A stretch of DNA of 51,765 nt from a candidate division FCPU426 bacterium (GCA_030038835.1 JASHQZ010000055.1:1-51765); one strand, 5' to 3'. Positions 8,854 to 17,943 are shown, counted from the stretch's first letter. Program-made: numbers and translations. Notes: generated by a model from the letters alone, not told the origin.

Positions 8854-8937
8854 TTTTGAGTTCTGAGTTGATGATTGTTTTGAACCTTTGGCCAAATAGA
8901 TTTCCATAACTCAGTGCTTAGACCCCATAATTCGAAA
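8854..8937. repeat. Intergenic imperfect palindrome C (more degenerate copy of A and D)
   Basis: Left arm: TTTTGAG TTCTGAG TTGATGA TTGTTTT. Core: gattgttttgaacctttggccaaatagatttcc, alignable with elements A and D. The right arm contains ccataactcag. Confidence 0.5.
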
Positions 8938-8960
8938 CTGTCTTTCAAAGAGGTTTATCG

Positions 8961-11174
8961 ATGCCCACTCGACCTGAAACCAAGACCATCCGAGAGATGG
9001 CCAATGGCAGCGACCAGGGAGACGCCTCCACCCACAACAATCTCGGCGTTTTCTATTATTCCAAGGGGATGCACGCGGAGGCTGTCAAGGAGTTTAAAAC
9101 CGCCCTGGAAGTGGACCCTGAGAACCAACAGGCCCAAGAAAACCTGAAGTCCGTCAACCGACACACGGGCCTTTTTGACCGTTCCATTGAAGCTTACAGA
9201 AAGTCGGTCCAGATGTTTCCGCAGGACCCCGAGGCCCATTACAACCTGGCCAATTCCTACCGCTACATCGGGCAGTTCGAGAAGGCCGTGGAAAGCTACC
9301 AAAGATGCCTTTCACTCAACCCGGATCACCCCTTTGCCCGCAATTACCTTGGAATCGCCTACAAGTGCCTGGGTAAGTTCGACGAGGCCATGGCCGAATT
9401 CCGAAGGGCCATCGAAAAGAACCCCTTTTTCGCAGACCTTCACAACAACTTGGGCGAGGTTTACTACAAAAAAGCCATGGTGAACGAGGCCCTCATCGAA
9501 TTTAAAAAAGCCATATCGCTCAACCCGGATTACGCCACCGCCCATTACAACCTCAGTTTCGTGTACGGCGACAAGAACATGCTGGAGGAGGCGGAGCGGG
9601 AGTTTAAGAGGGCCGTGGACTTAAATCCCAACTTCGGGCAGGGAGCCCAGGCGCTTTTGTCGATTGAACGGCCCAAAACCTTGGAAGAGAGGATGGCCGA
9701 AAAGGTGGCTTCCCAGCCTACGGGCGTCTCCAGCGTGGAAACCTACCTGAGCTTGGCAGCCGCCTACAAGGGGAAGGGCCTTTTGGACGAGGCGGTCAAG
9801 GAGTACAAACGGGCTATCGAGGCCATCCCCAACGAGGAAAAACTTTACCGGGCCTTAGGCGAGATTTACCTCCTTCGGGGAATGCTGGAGGAATCACTGG
9901 CCGCGTCACAAAAAGCCATTGAACTGGCGCCCAAGAGCGTGGAGAACCACATCCAGGCGGGCATCGCCCTACGGGAACTCAACCAAACCGCGGAAGCGGC
10001 CCGTCAATTCCAAACGGCCATCGAAATCACTCCCGGATCCAGCATGGCCCATTTTGAATTAGGGGTCACCTATTTCAAAATCGGGGAAAGCGAAAAGGCC
10101 ACACGCGAAGTGCGCGAGGCCCTGCAAATCGACCCACAAAACGCCGAGGCCCACTACTACCTGGGTGTCTATTACTACAAGGTGAACCTTTATGACGAGG
10201 CCATTCGCGAGATTTCCCAGGCCATTGACTTGAACGTTACCATTGCCTCCAGCGCCGAGGCCCTAACTTACCTGGGGCTTGCTCTGGCGGACAAGGGCCG
10301 TTTTGAGGAGGCCATCGTGGAATACAAAAAGGCCATGGAGTTTGACCCCAAAAACCCCATCATCCATAACAGCTTAGGCGTGGCCTACAAAAACGCGGGC
10401 ATGAGCCAAGAAGCCATCCGCCATTACCAGCAGGCCATCGAGCTCAATCCCCGATATGCCAAAGCCTATAACAACCTGGGAGTAGTTTATTTCAAGTTGA
10501 GCCAATACGACAGGGCCATTGAGGCCTTCAAGCGAGCGGTGGAAATCGAACCCGACTACAAGACGGCCCAGAACAACCTGGCCGTGGCTATGAAGAAGAA
10601 GAACGTGCTCTCAGAGGCCTCTGAAGTCTTGATCAAGCAAATTATGGCTGACCCGGAAAACCCGTCGCTTCACTTCAATTTGGGAAGCCTTTACAAAAAC
10701 ACCGGCCAGTATGCCGAGGCGGTGAGGGAGTACCAGGAGACCGTCCGCCTGGCGCCCAAAAACCGTGAGGCCCTGACCAGCCTGGGTGAGGTCTACTTGA
10801 ACATGGAGAGCTTGGACGACGCGGTTAAGGTCTTGGCCAAGGCTGTTTCCTGCGATCCCAAATTCCCGGAGGCCCACCTGCAATTGGCCAAAGTCTATAT
10901 CCGGCGCAAGTGGTGGGATGAGGCCCTGGTTGAGCTGAAGAAGACACAGGAATTGAAGGCGAACCTCACGGAGATTCATTTCCACCTGGGACAGGTTTAT
11001 CGGTCGAAAAGCTGGTGGGATGAAGCCATTGAGGAGTACCAAAAGTATATGGATTCCCCCGGCGCGGAGGAGGAGAAGGCCGCCCAGGCCATCGATTCCA
11101 TCCAGCAGATCCAGGCATGGAAAAAGGAACTCCAGGTTTCGCCCAGCGCGAATAAGTCGAAGCTAATCAAGTAA
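8961..11174 (+). CDS. Large TPR-repeat protein (737 aa)
   Basis: It is almost entirely TPR units (AIE.NP..A.AY.NLG.VY pattern, about 16 or more repeats). No other domain is recognisable. Confidence 0.85.
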   Translation: MPTRPETKTIREMANGSDQGDASTHNNLGVFYYSKGMHAEAVKEFKTALEVDPENQQAQENLKSVNRHTGLFDRSIEAYRKSVQMFPQDPEAHYNLANSYRYIGQFEKAVESYQRCLSLNPDHPFARNYLGIAYKCLGKFDEAMAEFRRAIEKNPFFADLHNNLGEVYYKKAMVNEALIEFKKAISLNPDYATAHYNLSFVYGDKNMLEEAEREFKRAVDLNPNFGQGAQALLSIERPKTLEERMAEKVASQPTGVSSVETYLSLAAAYKGKGLLDEAVKEYKRAIEAIPNEEKLYRALGEIYLLRGMLEESLAASQKAIELAPKSVENHIQAGIALRELNQTAEAARQFQTAIEITPGSSMAHFELGVTYFKIGESEKATREVREALQIDPQNAEAHYYLGVYYYKVNLYDEAIREISQAIDLNVTIASSAEALTYLGLALADKGRFEEAIVEYKKAMEFDPKNPIIHNSLGVAYKNAGMSQEAIRHYQQAIELNPRYAKAYNNLGVVYFKLSQYDRAIEAFKRAVEIEPDYKTAQNNLAVAMKKKNVLSEASEVLIKQIMADPENPSLHFNLGSLYKNTGQYAEAVREYQETVRLAPKNREALTSLGEVYLNMESLDDAVKVLAKAVSCDPKFPEAHLQLAKVYIRRKWWDEALVELKKTQELKANLTEIHFHLGQVYRSKSWWDEAIEEYQKYMDSPGAEEEKAAQAIDSIQQIQAWKKELQVSPSANKSKLIK

Positions 11175-11279
11175 ATTGACTCTGATTTTCCGAATCGAAA
11201 CCAGCAGGCTTTTTATTTTGATTCTTGCCGGTTTTGAGGTTAAAACAGGTTCGGCGGAAACCATGAATGGAAGGGTGTT

Positions 11280-11618
11280 ATGAGATTCCTGGTGTGCGTA
11301 ATTCCTCCGAAAAAGATCGATCAGGTCAAGAAGGTTCTTTGGGAGGCGGGCATTCGGGGCGTGACCCTTTCGGACGGATCGGGCTATGGTTATCAAAAGG
11401 TCCAAGTGGAATCGGTCAAGGGGGCGGACTACAAGGTCCAGTACCAGCCGCGGGTGAGGGTTGAGATTGCCTTACCCGACGAGGAAGTGGAGAAAGTCGT
11501 GGAATTGCTCCTGGACACGGTCCGAACGGGTCGTATTGGTGACGGAAAATTCTTTATTCTGCCACTGGAGGACGCAATCCGGGTCCGTACGGGCGAACGA
11601 GGTGAAAACGCGCTGTAA
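11280..11618 (+). CDS. P-II (GlnB/GlnK) family signal-transduction protein
   Basis: 112 aa that align without gaps to E. coli GlnB (sequence as recalled). Tyr51 of the T-loop (KGADY), Q39-K40, the B-loop GDGKFF and the R101-x-R103 TGE tail are present. Differences include Y38 for R38 and R58 for K58. Confidence 0.85.
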   Translation: MRFLVCVIPPKKIDQVKKVLWEAGIRGVTLSDGSGYGYQKVQVESVKGADYKVQYQPRVRVEIALPDEEVEKVVELLLDTVRTGRIGDGKFFILPLEDAIRVRTGERGENAL

Positions 11619-11622
11619 CAAC

Positions 11623-11645
11623 AATTTTGGATTGTGGATTTTGCC
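11623..11645. repeat. Post-stop heptamer array TTTTGGA TTGTGGA TTTTGCC
   Basis: It starts 5 nt after the P-II stop. The 21-mer aattttggattgtggattttg is 19/21 identical to aattttgaattgtgaattttg at 8014..8034. Confidence 0.55.
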
Positions 11646-11844
11646 CCTATTTCCTTGTCGGGTATCGGGCACCGCTCGATAAAAACAGTAAAATTATGTG
11701 ATACGGAGTTTTCAATTTGGGGCTGGAAGCCCCATTTGTAACGGACAAACTGTGTGGATTTTAAATCGTGGTCAATTTTCATTCCGTGAAAATTTTCCAT
11801 CATTAAAATTAGGAATTAAAAATTGATTTTTGTGGGAGGAAGCC

Positions 11845-12207
11845 GTGGCCCAAAGTGTACTACTCGTCGACGACGCGTCGTTTATGCGGATGATGTTGAA
11901 GAATATCCTGGTCGGCTCCGGCTATGAGGTGGCGGGCGAGGCGGAAAATGGGGCCAAGGCCATCGAGCAATATAAAGCCCTGAAGCCGGACCTAGTTATT
12001 ATGGATATCATCATGCCCGAAATGGGAGGCATTGACGCTGTCCGGGAAATCATGAAGTTGAGTCCAGGGGCAAAAATCCTGATGTGCAGTTCAATGGGCC
12101 AACAATCCCTGGTGGTGGAAGCCATCCAGGCCGGAGCCAAGGATTTCATCGTCAAGCCCTTCCAGCCCTCCAACGTCCTGGAAGCGGTGAAGAAAGTTCT
12201 GGGCTGA
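11845..12207 (+). CDS. cheY: CheY-like single-domain response regulator
   Basis: REC domain with LLVDD, the phospho-acceptor context LVIMDIIMPEMGG, and KPF. The GTG at 11845 is preferred over the upstream in-frame TTG at 11830. Confidence 0.9.
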   Translation: MAQSVLLVDDASFMRMMLKNILVGSGYEVAGEAENGAKAIEQYKALKPDLVIMDIIMPEMGGIDAVREIMKLSPGAKILMCSSMGQQSLVVEAIQAGAKDFIVKPFQPSNVLEAVKKVLG

Positions 12208-12228
12208 AAGTTAGTTTTGGATTTTAAG
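12208..12228. repeat. Post-stop heptamer array (AAGTTAG) TTTTGGA TTTTAAG
   Basis: It lies immediately after the cheY stop codon. It has the same TTTTGGA unit as the array at 11625. Confidence 0.4.
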
Positions 12229-12312
12229 CGTTGTCCCACATCTCATTAATAAAGTTAATGTTTTGTGGGGCTATACCGATCTCATTATTATTTTTTTATT
12301 TTACGAAGATCC

Positions 12313-12384
12313 GTATGAGTTTTGAGTTGAGGGGTGTTTTTCAACCATGGGTTCAAAAACCTTCCTCAATTCAAAACTTATGCA
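12313..12384. repeat. Intergenic palindrome D (best-preserved hairpin of the family)
   Basis: The arms are gtatgagttttgagttgaggggtgttttt and aaaaaccttcctcaattcaaaacttatgca, with about 22 of 29 positions complementary. The loop caaccatgggttc is itself near-palindromic. The core matches element A. Confidence 0.65.
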
Positions 12385-12505
12385 GTTCAACCTTTTAAAA
12401 GGGTCTCCGACCCTGAAATGTGAACTGTGTTGCCCTCATAACCTTCATCGGTCTGCCCTATATTAACAAGGTGAATGAGGGTAGAACTCATAATTGTTTT
12501 AGGGG

Positions 12506-13150
12506 ATGATCATGGGCCAAGAAGCTGAACTTTTCAACGACTTTCAACTGGATGCCTTAAAGGAGATTGGAAACATCGGCGCTGGCAACGCTGCCACTGC
12601 TCTTTCCCAAATGGTAGGCCGCCGCGTGGATATGTCCGTAACCCAGGTCCAGGTTTTGAAAACGGACAGAATCGCGGCATTTTTAGGAGGCATGGAACAA
12701 AATGTTGCCGCAGTCCATATGCCGGTTTACGGCGAGATCTGTGGCGTGGCCTTGGTTTTTTTCCCTCTTGAGCGCGTCGGGGAACTTTGCGGCATGCTGG
12801 TCGGTAAAAGGGAAGACGATCCCTTTCGCCTCTCCGAAATGGGTCAATCCGCCATCAAGGAAATGGGAAGCATCCTCACCGGAGCCTACCTGAGTGCCCT
12901 TTTCCGACTCATGAATCTTCAGATGATCCACGGAGTCCCCGGCCTGGCCATCGACATGGCTCAAGCCGTCCTGGACACAGTGTTGGTGGAATTGGAGCAG
13001 AAAGAGGAAGTCGCCATCGTGATTGAGACCCAATTTTTGGAGAATGATAAAAAGTTGACGGGAAGCTTTTTTCTGCTGCCTGAAACAGGTTCTCTAAGGA
13101 AGCTGTTCAACGCCTTTTCTAAAACCATCGGGCTTTCCGGCAATGGATGA
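12506..13150 (+). CDS. cheC: CheC-family protein with both consensus phosphatase sites degenerate
   Basis: DALKEIGNIGAGNAATALS and SAIKEMGSILTGAYLSAL are the two CheC repeats. Site 1 lacks the Pro 23 residues after the Asn (Thr instead). Site 2 has Ser in place of the Asn. Confidence 0.85.
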   Translation: MIMGQEAELFNDFQLDALKEIGNIGAGNAATALSQMVGRRVDMSVTQVQVLKTDRIAAFLGGMEQNVAAVHMPVYGEICGVALVFFPLERVGELCGMLVGKREDDPFRLSEMGQSAIKEMGSILTGAYLSALFRLMNLQMIHGVPGLAIDMAQAVLDTVLVELEQKEEVAIVIETQFLENDKKLTGSFFLLPETGSLRKLFNAFSKTIGLSGNG

Positions 13151-13631
13151 TGACAGCCAGGTTGTCGGAATCGCCGAAATCACAGTCGCCCAAAGCCCTC
13201 AGCGCCTTATGGCTTACGGCCTAGGCTCCTGCGTAGGGGTAACGCTTTACGACGTTAAAACCAAAACCGGCGGGATGGCCCACGTGATGCTGCCTTCCAG
13301 CCGGCTCCGTCCGTTGGCAACTCCTCTCGGGAAATACGCAGATACGGCCCTGGGGGTTTTGGCGGCGGAAGTCGAAAAGGCGGGCGGACGGCGGGAAAAA
13401 TTGGAGGCCAAAATCGTGGGCGGCGCCAATATGTTTGAGGGCCTTCCCCAAAACGTAGCAGCGCCCATCGGCCTCCGGAACGTGGCCGCCGTCCGACAGA
13501 AGCTGGGGGAACTGGGGATTCCCATTGTGGGGGAGCAAGTGGGGGGCAACCGGGGCCGCACGATGATATTTAACCTCGAGGATGGGCGTGTGGAAATACG
13601 AATGCTGAACCAGCCAGCGCAATATTTATAA
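13143..13631 (+). CDS. cheD: CheD chemoreceptor glutamine deamidase
   Basis: 162 aa with GLGSCVGVTLYD (catalytic Cys) and GGMAHVMLP (His). The start overlaps the cheC stop by 8 nt. Confidence 0.9.
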   Translation: MDDDSQVVGIAEITVAQSPQRLMAYGLGSCVGVTLYDVKTKTGGMAHVMLPSSRLRPLATPLGKYADTALGVLAAEVEKAGGRREKLEAKIVGGANMFEGLPQNVAAPIGLRNVAAVRQKLGELGIPIVGEQVGGNRGRTMIFNLEDGRVEIRMLNQPAQYL

Positions 13632-13662
13632 CTCGAAATTTAAAATTTGATTAGAGGATTCA

Positions 13663-14190
13663 ATGAGCCTGCCCAAGCCCGAAACCACCGGCCTTTCCAA
13701 ACCTGAAACAACTCAAGCCCAATGGGTGGTGTTCACATTAGCCGGCTGCGAGTCCGCCGTGGCCATCCGGCAGGTCCGGGAAATCCTTCGCGTGGGCGAG
13801 ATTACCCGAATGCCCAAGGCTCCTTTATTTTTGGAAGGTATCATCAACCTAAGGGGAAAGATTATTCCGGTGATCGATCTAAAAAAACGCTTCCAAATGC
13901 CCCCAGTGGACCGCACGGAGGAATCGCGGATACTCATTGTCGAAATACAAGACCAGATAGTGGGCTTCCTGGTGGATAAGGTAGTGGAGGTCTTGCGCTT
14001 TTCCAAAACGGCGATCGAGGCGGTCCAGGGGCCGATATTGACCGTCGGAGCCGAGTTTCTGGACGGTCTTATCCCCATGGACAGGCGACTGATTTTTCTG
14101 CTCAACCTGAAGAAACTTTCAACATTGGACGACGCGAAAGCGCTCCCCGATCCCCATTCCCCTACGGAGGCAAGAAACTTTGGCCATTAA
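13663..14190 (+). CDS. cheW: CheW coupling protein
   Basis: 175 aa of a single CheW-like domain (WVVFTLAGCESAVAIRQVREI ... INLRGKIIPVIDLKKRF ... VGFLVDKVVEVL). Confidence 0.9.
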   Translation: MSLPKPETTGLSKPETTQAQWVVFTLAGCESAVAIRQVREILRVGEITRMPKAPLFLEGIINLRGKIIPVIDLKKRFQMPPVDRTEESRILIVEIQDQIVGFLVDKVVEVLRFSKTAIEAVQGPILTVGAEFLDGLIPMDRRLIFLLNLKKLSTLDDAKALPDPHSPTEARNFGH

Positions 14191-14194
14191 GGTG

Positions 14195-14545
14195 ATGTTC
14201 GTCGACGACTCCTCCTTCATGCGGACGATCCTCAAGGGGATTATCCTCAGGGATTCCTTTGAACTCGCGGGCGAGGCCGCTAACGGCAAGGAGGCCATCG
14301 AGCTTTACCAAAAGGTCCAACCCGACATCGTGACCATGGACATCATCATGCCGGAAATGAACGGGATTGACGCGGTCAAGCAAATTCGTGCCATGGATCC
14401 TAACGCCAAGATCATCATGGTAAGCGCTATGGGCCAACAAGGAATGGTGATTGACGCTATCCAGGCAGGCGCAAGGGATTTCATCATCAAGCCCTTTCAA
14501 CCGCCCCGCATCCATGAAGCGCTCCGGCGTGTCATCGGAAACTGA
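14195..14545 (+). CDS. cheY: CheY-like single-domain response regulator (paralogue of 11845..12207)
   Basis: REC domain with FVDDSSFMR, IVTMDIIMPEMNG and KPF. Start is the ATG at 14195 or the GTG at 14192, just after the cheW stop. Confidence 0.9.
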   Translation: MFVDDSSFMRTILKGIILRDSFELAGEAANGKEAIELYQKVQPDIVTMDIIMPEMNGIDAVKQIRAMDPNAKIIMVSAMGQQGMVIDAIQAGARDFIIKPFQPPRIHEALRRVIGN

Positions 14546-14579
14546 CTAAAAATTATGGTTAGCTCAAAACTTATTTTGG

Positions 14580-15692
14580 ATGGTTTCTATGGTTGCTCCA
14601 AAACCTAATGCGGTCCGCGTGCTGGTAGTGGACGATTCCTATTTCATGCGCAAGATGGTCCAGGACATGCTGGCTGATTCGGATGGCTCCGTCCTGGTCC
14701 TGGATACGGCTCAAAACGGCTTGGAGGCCGTTGAAAAGACAAAAACCCTAAAGCCCGATGTCGTTACCCTCGACGTGGAAATGCCCAATATGAACGGGCT
14801 TGAGGCGCTGGAAAAAATAATGGCCGAGCGGCCCACGCCCGTGATCATGCTTTCCAGCCACACGGGAGAAGGAACGGCCACCGCGATACGTGCCCTGGAA
14901 TTGGGCGCTGTGGATTGCCTGGCCAAGCCCGCCGGCCGTGCTTTAGAAAAAATGAAGGATATCCAAGGGGAGCTGATCGAAAAGATTAAAATGGCGTCGG
15001 CCATTCGTCCCCGTCAACGGGTTTCAGTATTTTCCGAGCCCCTCTCTGCCGCTATTCTTGAAAAAAGGGGAATTTTTCCGAAGGGGTCCCTCCCCCCCAA
15101 AGAGGATAAACCGGCCCGTTTTGTCGCAGCCATTGCCTCCTCCACCGGCGGCCCCCGCGCACTGAACGAACTTTTTTCCCGACTCCAGCGCAACTCTTCC
15201 GTGGCTTACGTGATCGTCCAGCACATTTCAGTTGGCTTTACCAAGGCCTTGGCCCGCCGATTGGCGGAAGTCAGCCGCCTCGATATTTCAGAGGCGGAGG
15301 GGCAAGAAACCCTATTAGGCGGACACGTCTACGTAGCTCCCGGCGGGTCGCATTTGGTTTTGGAGGGACTGCCTGGACGTTACCGCGTGGCCTTTAGTGA
15401 TTCGCCGCCCCGTTTGGGCGTCAAACCATCGGCCGACATCATGATGGAATCAGTCGCCGCCGTGGCGGCCAAGAATTGTTTAGGAGTGGTTTTAACCGGT
15501 ATGGGGCGGGATGGGACCGATGGATTGAAGGCCATCCGAGCCGTCGGCGGCAGAACCTTCGCACAGGACGCGGAAAGCTGCGTGGTCTATGGAATGCCCA
15601 AATCCGCAGTGGACGCCGGGATTGTGGACCGGCAATTAGCCCTTCCTAAGATGGCTGAAGAAATAAATGCTTTTCTAATCAAACTGGGTTAA
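14580..15692 (+). CDS. cheB: CheB protein-glutamate methylesterase (REC plus esterase)
   Basis: N-terminal REC domain (VLVVDDS, VVTLDVEMPNMNG). C-terminal esterase with ASSTGGP (Ser), VQHIS (His) and GMGRDG (Asp). Confidence 0.9.
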   Translation: MVSMVAPKPNAVRVLVVDDSYFMRKMVQDMLADSDGSVLVLDTAQNGLEAVEKTKTLKPDVVTLDVEMPNMNGLEALEKIMAERPTPVIMLSSHTGEGTATAIRALELGAVDCLAKPAGRALEKMKDIQGELIEKIKMASAIRPRQRVSVFSEPLSAAILEKRGIFPKGSLPPKEDKPARFVAAIASSTGGPRALNELFSRLQRNSSVAYVIVQHISVGFTKALARRLAEVSRLDISEAEGQETLLGGHVYVAPGGSHLVLEGLPGRYRVAFSDSPPRLGVKPSADIMMESVAAVAAKNCLGVVLTGMGRDGTDGLKAIRAVGGRTFAQDAESCVVYGMPKSAVDAGIVDRQLALPKMAEEINAFLIKLG

Positions 15693-15787
15693 AGAACCGC
15701 CGAAAATCCTACGGTTAAATCTGTTCAGAAGAGCGTCTATTTAATCTAAAATAGCCTTGAAAAACATAAAGCCCTTCCGGAATCCTC

Positions 15788-17881
15788 ATGAACAGCGGCG
15801 AATACAAAGAGATTTTTCTCACTGAGGCGCGAGAATACCTGTCGAACCTCAATAACTCCCTTGTGCTTTTGGAAAAAGATCCCTCCCAAGTGGAGGCCAT
15901 CCGAGAGATTTTCCGGGCCGCCCATACCTTGAAGGGAATGTCGGCCACCATGGGATACGACCCCATGGTGCGCCTGACCCACCAAATGGAGGCAGTACTG
16001 GAGCCCATCCGGTCGGGTACCCAAAGCCTTTCCACGAGGTTGGTGGACATCCTTTTCGTTTGTCTGGACCAATTGTCCAAATGGGTGGACGTGCTGGCGA
16101 ACCAGGATTTCATCGAGGAAGAAGGGCTTCAATCCGCCCTTCAACTGCTTGCTTCCGCCGGACAGGAGGGAAACGGCCCAGGAATGGCCCCCGCGCCTGT
16201 GCCGGTGTCTCCCACGGCTTCCCAAGCGTTCCTCTCTTTTTCAGAGAATGAAAGGGAAGTATTGATTCAAGCCACCCGGGGCGGTCTTGCCATTTATAAA
16301 ATCGCAGTGGAACTCTCACCTGACTGTGTCTTCAAGGAAGTGCGGGCATTCATGATCCTGAAGAACATGAACGAAAGGGGTGAAATCGCCAAAAGCATTC
16401 CGGCCCCGGAAGAGATCGAAAAGGGGCATTTTTCCAAGGGTTTCATCCTGGTTGTGGTCACGGATTCAACCGCCGAACAGTTGCGGCAAGCTGCTGGGAG
16501 TGTGGCCGAGGTGGCGATGGCGGAAGTGGAAAACCTCAAACCGGAGGACTTGGCCACGCCGCCGGTGACGGAGCAAGGAGAAGGATCGGGAATGGCCCAA
16601 GGCGGATCCAAGGCTTCCGCGTCCACCATGGTTGCCGACGACCGGCACTTTGCCTTACCGACCATTCGCGTGCATACCTCCAAACTCGACAAGCTCATGG
16701 CCCTGGTTCAGGAGCTGGTCATTTCCAAGATCCGCTTCGAGCAGGTGGCCAATACCAAGGCCCTCCGGGAACTTTCCGACCCACTTTCCCAGCTCCACCA
16801 CATCACCGACGAGCTGCAGGACGAAATCATGAAGGTGCGCCTGATGCCAGTGAAACAGATATTTGACCGGTTTCCTCGCATGGTGCGGGACTTGGCGCGC
16901 AACTTGAACAAACAGGTGGACTTGGAGATGGACGGCGCGGAAGTGGAATTGGACCGCACCGTTCTAGAGGAAATGAGCGAGCCCCTGGTGCACCTTTTGC
17001 GCAACGCCGTGGACCACGGCATCGAGGACCCGGAGGCGCGGGCCCGTGAGGGAAAGGACCCTTACGGCACTATCCGCCTGCAGGCGAAGAGGGAAAAATC
17101 CCAGGTAATCATCTCCATCTCCGACGACGGCCGCGGCATCGACCCGGATGTGGTGCGCCAAAAAGCCGTGGACAAGGGGCTGGTCACGCCGGATGAAACA
17201 GCCAAAATGACCGACGAAGAAGCGATTCGCTTGATCTCCCTTCCGGGTTTCTCCACAGTGGACAGCGCGACTGAAATTTCGGGCCGAGGCGTGGGGGTGG
17301 ACGTGGCCAAGACCAAGGTGGAGGCCGTGGGTGGCGTCTTCCGCATCCAAAGCAAGAAAGGGCAGGGAACGACTTTTATTCTCCGGTTCCCCCTTACCTT
17401 AGCCATCATCAAGGCGTTGTTGGTGAGATGCAAGGCCGAGGTTTTCGCCATCCCGGTCGTGAACATCATTGAAACCGTGGACGTGACCCCGGCTGAAAAA
17501 AGGACGATCCAGCAGCAGGAAGCCATCCTGTTGAGGGAGGAGGTGATCCCGCTTTACCCTCTCCAGGAGCTTTTGGAGATGCCTGACACCGAGACTGGGG
17601 ACGCCTCGGGGCTGGAAACGGTGCTCATCACAGAAGTTGGGGAATCCCGCGTGGCCTTGCGGGTAGACGAGGTCGTCGGCCAGCAGGAAATCGCCATCAA
17701 ACCCCTTGACCGGCTTTTAAAGGGAATTCGGGGTTTTTCCGGCGCCACCATCCTGGGCAGTGGTAAGATAGCGCTGATTCTCGACGTGAACAGCCTGGTG
17801 GAGGACTTGAAGGATAAACGGTTCCAGGCCGAACGCTCCCTCATGGAAAAGGACGACACACATGCCGACCCGCATTCTTAA
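15788..17881 (+). CDS. cheA: CheA histidine kinase (P1 to P5 all present)
   Basis: HPt domain FRAAHTLKGMSATMG, dimerisation segment IRVHTSKLDKLMALVQELV, N box LVHLLRNAVDHGIE, G boxes DDGRGID and GRGVGVDV, and a C-terminal CheW-like P5 domain. Confidence 0.95.
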   Translation: MNSGEYKEIFLTEAREYLSNLNNSLVLLEKDPSQVEAIREIFRAAHTLKGMSATMGYDPMVRLTHQMEAVLEPIRSGTQSLSTRLVDILFVCLDQLSKWVDVLANQDFIEEEGLQSALQLLASAGQEGNGPGMAPAPVPVSPTASQAFLSFSENEREVLIQATRGGLAIYKIAVELSPDCVFKEVRAFMILKNMNERGEIAKSIPAPEEIEKGHFSKGFILVVVTDSTAEQLRQAAGSVAEVAMAEVENLKPEDLATPPVTEQGEGSGMAQGGSKASASTMVADDRHFALPTIRVHTSKLDKLMALVQELVISKIRFEQVANTKALRELSDPLSQLHHITDELQDEIMKVRLMPVKQIFDRFPRMVRDLARNLNKQVDLEMDGAEVELDRTVLEEMSEPLVHLLRNAVDHGIEDPEARAREGKDPYGTIRLQAKREKSQVIISISDDGRGIDPDVVRQKAVDKGLVTPDETAKMTDEEAIRLISLPGFSTVDSATEISGRGVGVDVAKTKVEAVGGVFRIQSKKGQGTTFILRFPLTLAIIKALLVRCKAEVFAIPVVNIIETVDVTPAEKRTIQQQEAILLREEVIPLYPLQELLEMPDTETGDASGLETVLITEVGESRVALRVDEVVGQQEIAIKPLDRLLKGIRGFSGATILGSGKIALILDVNSLVEDLKDKRFQAERSLMEKDDTHADPHS

Positions 17882-17943
17882 AAGTTTCAGGGAGGTTGGT
17901 ATTGCACCGATTTCCTTCAATCCTTCAAAAGGAGAAGTGGAGC

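Noticed and set aside
5779-12384. Possible CRISPR array or other spacer-repeat locus, suggested by the repeated TTTTGAG-type units
   Set aside because: The units are 7 nt long, directly tandem, and arranged as inverted arms separated by genes. There are no 25-40-nt constant repeats alternating with unique spacers, and no cas genes.
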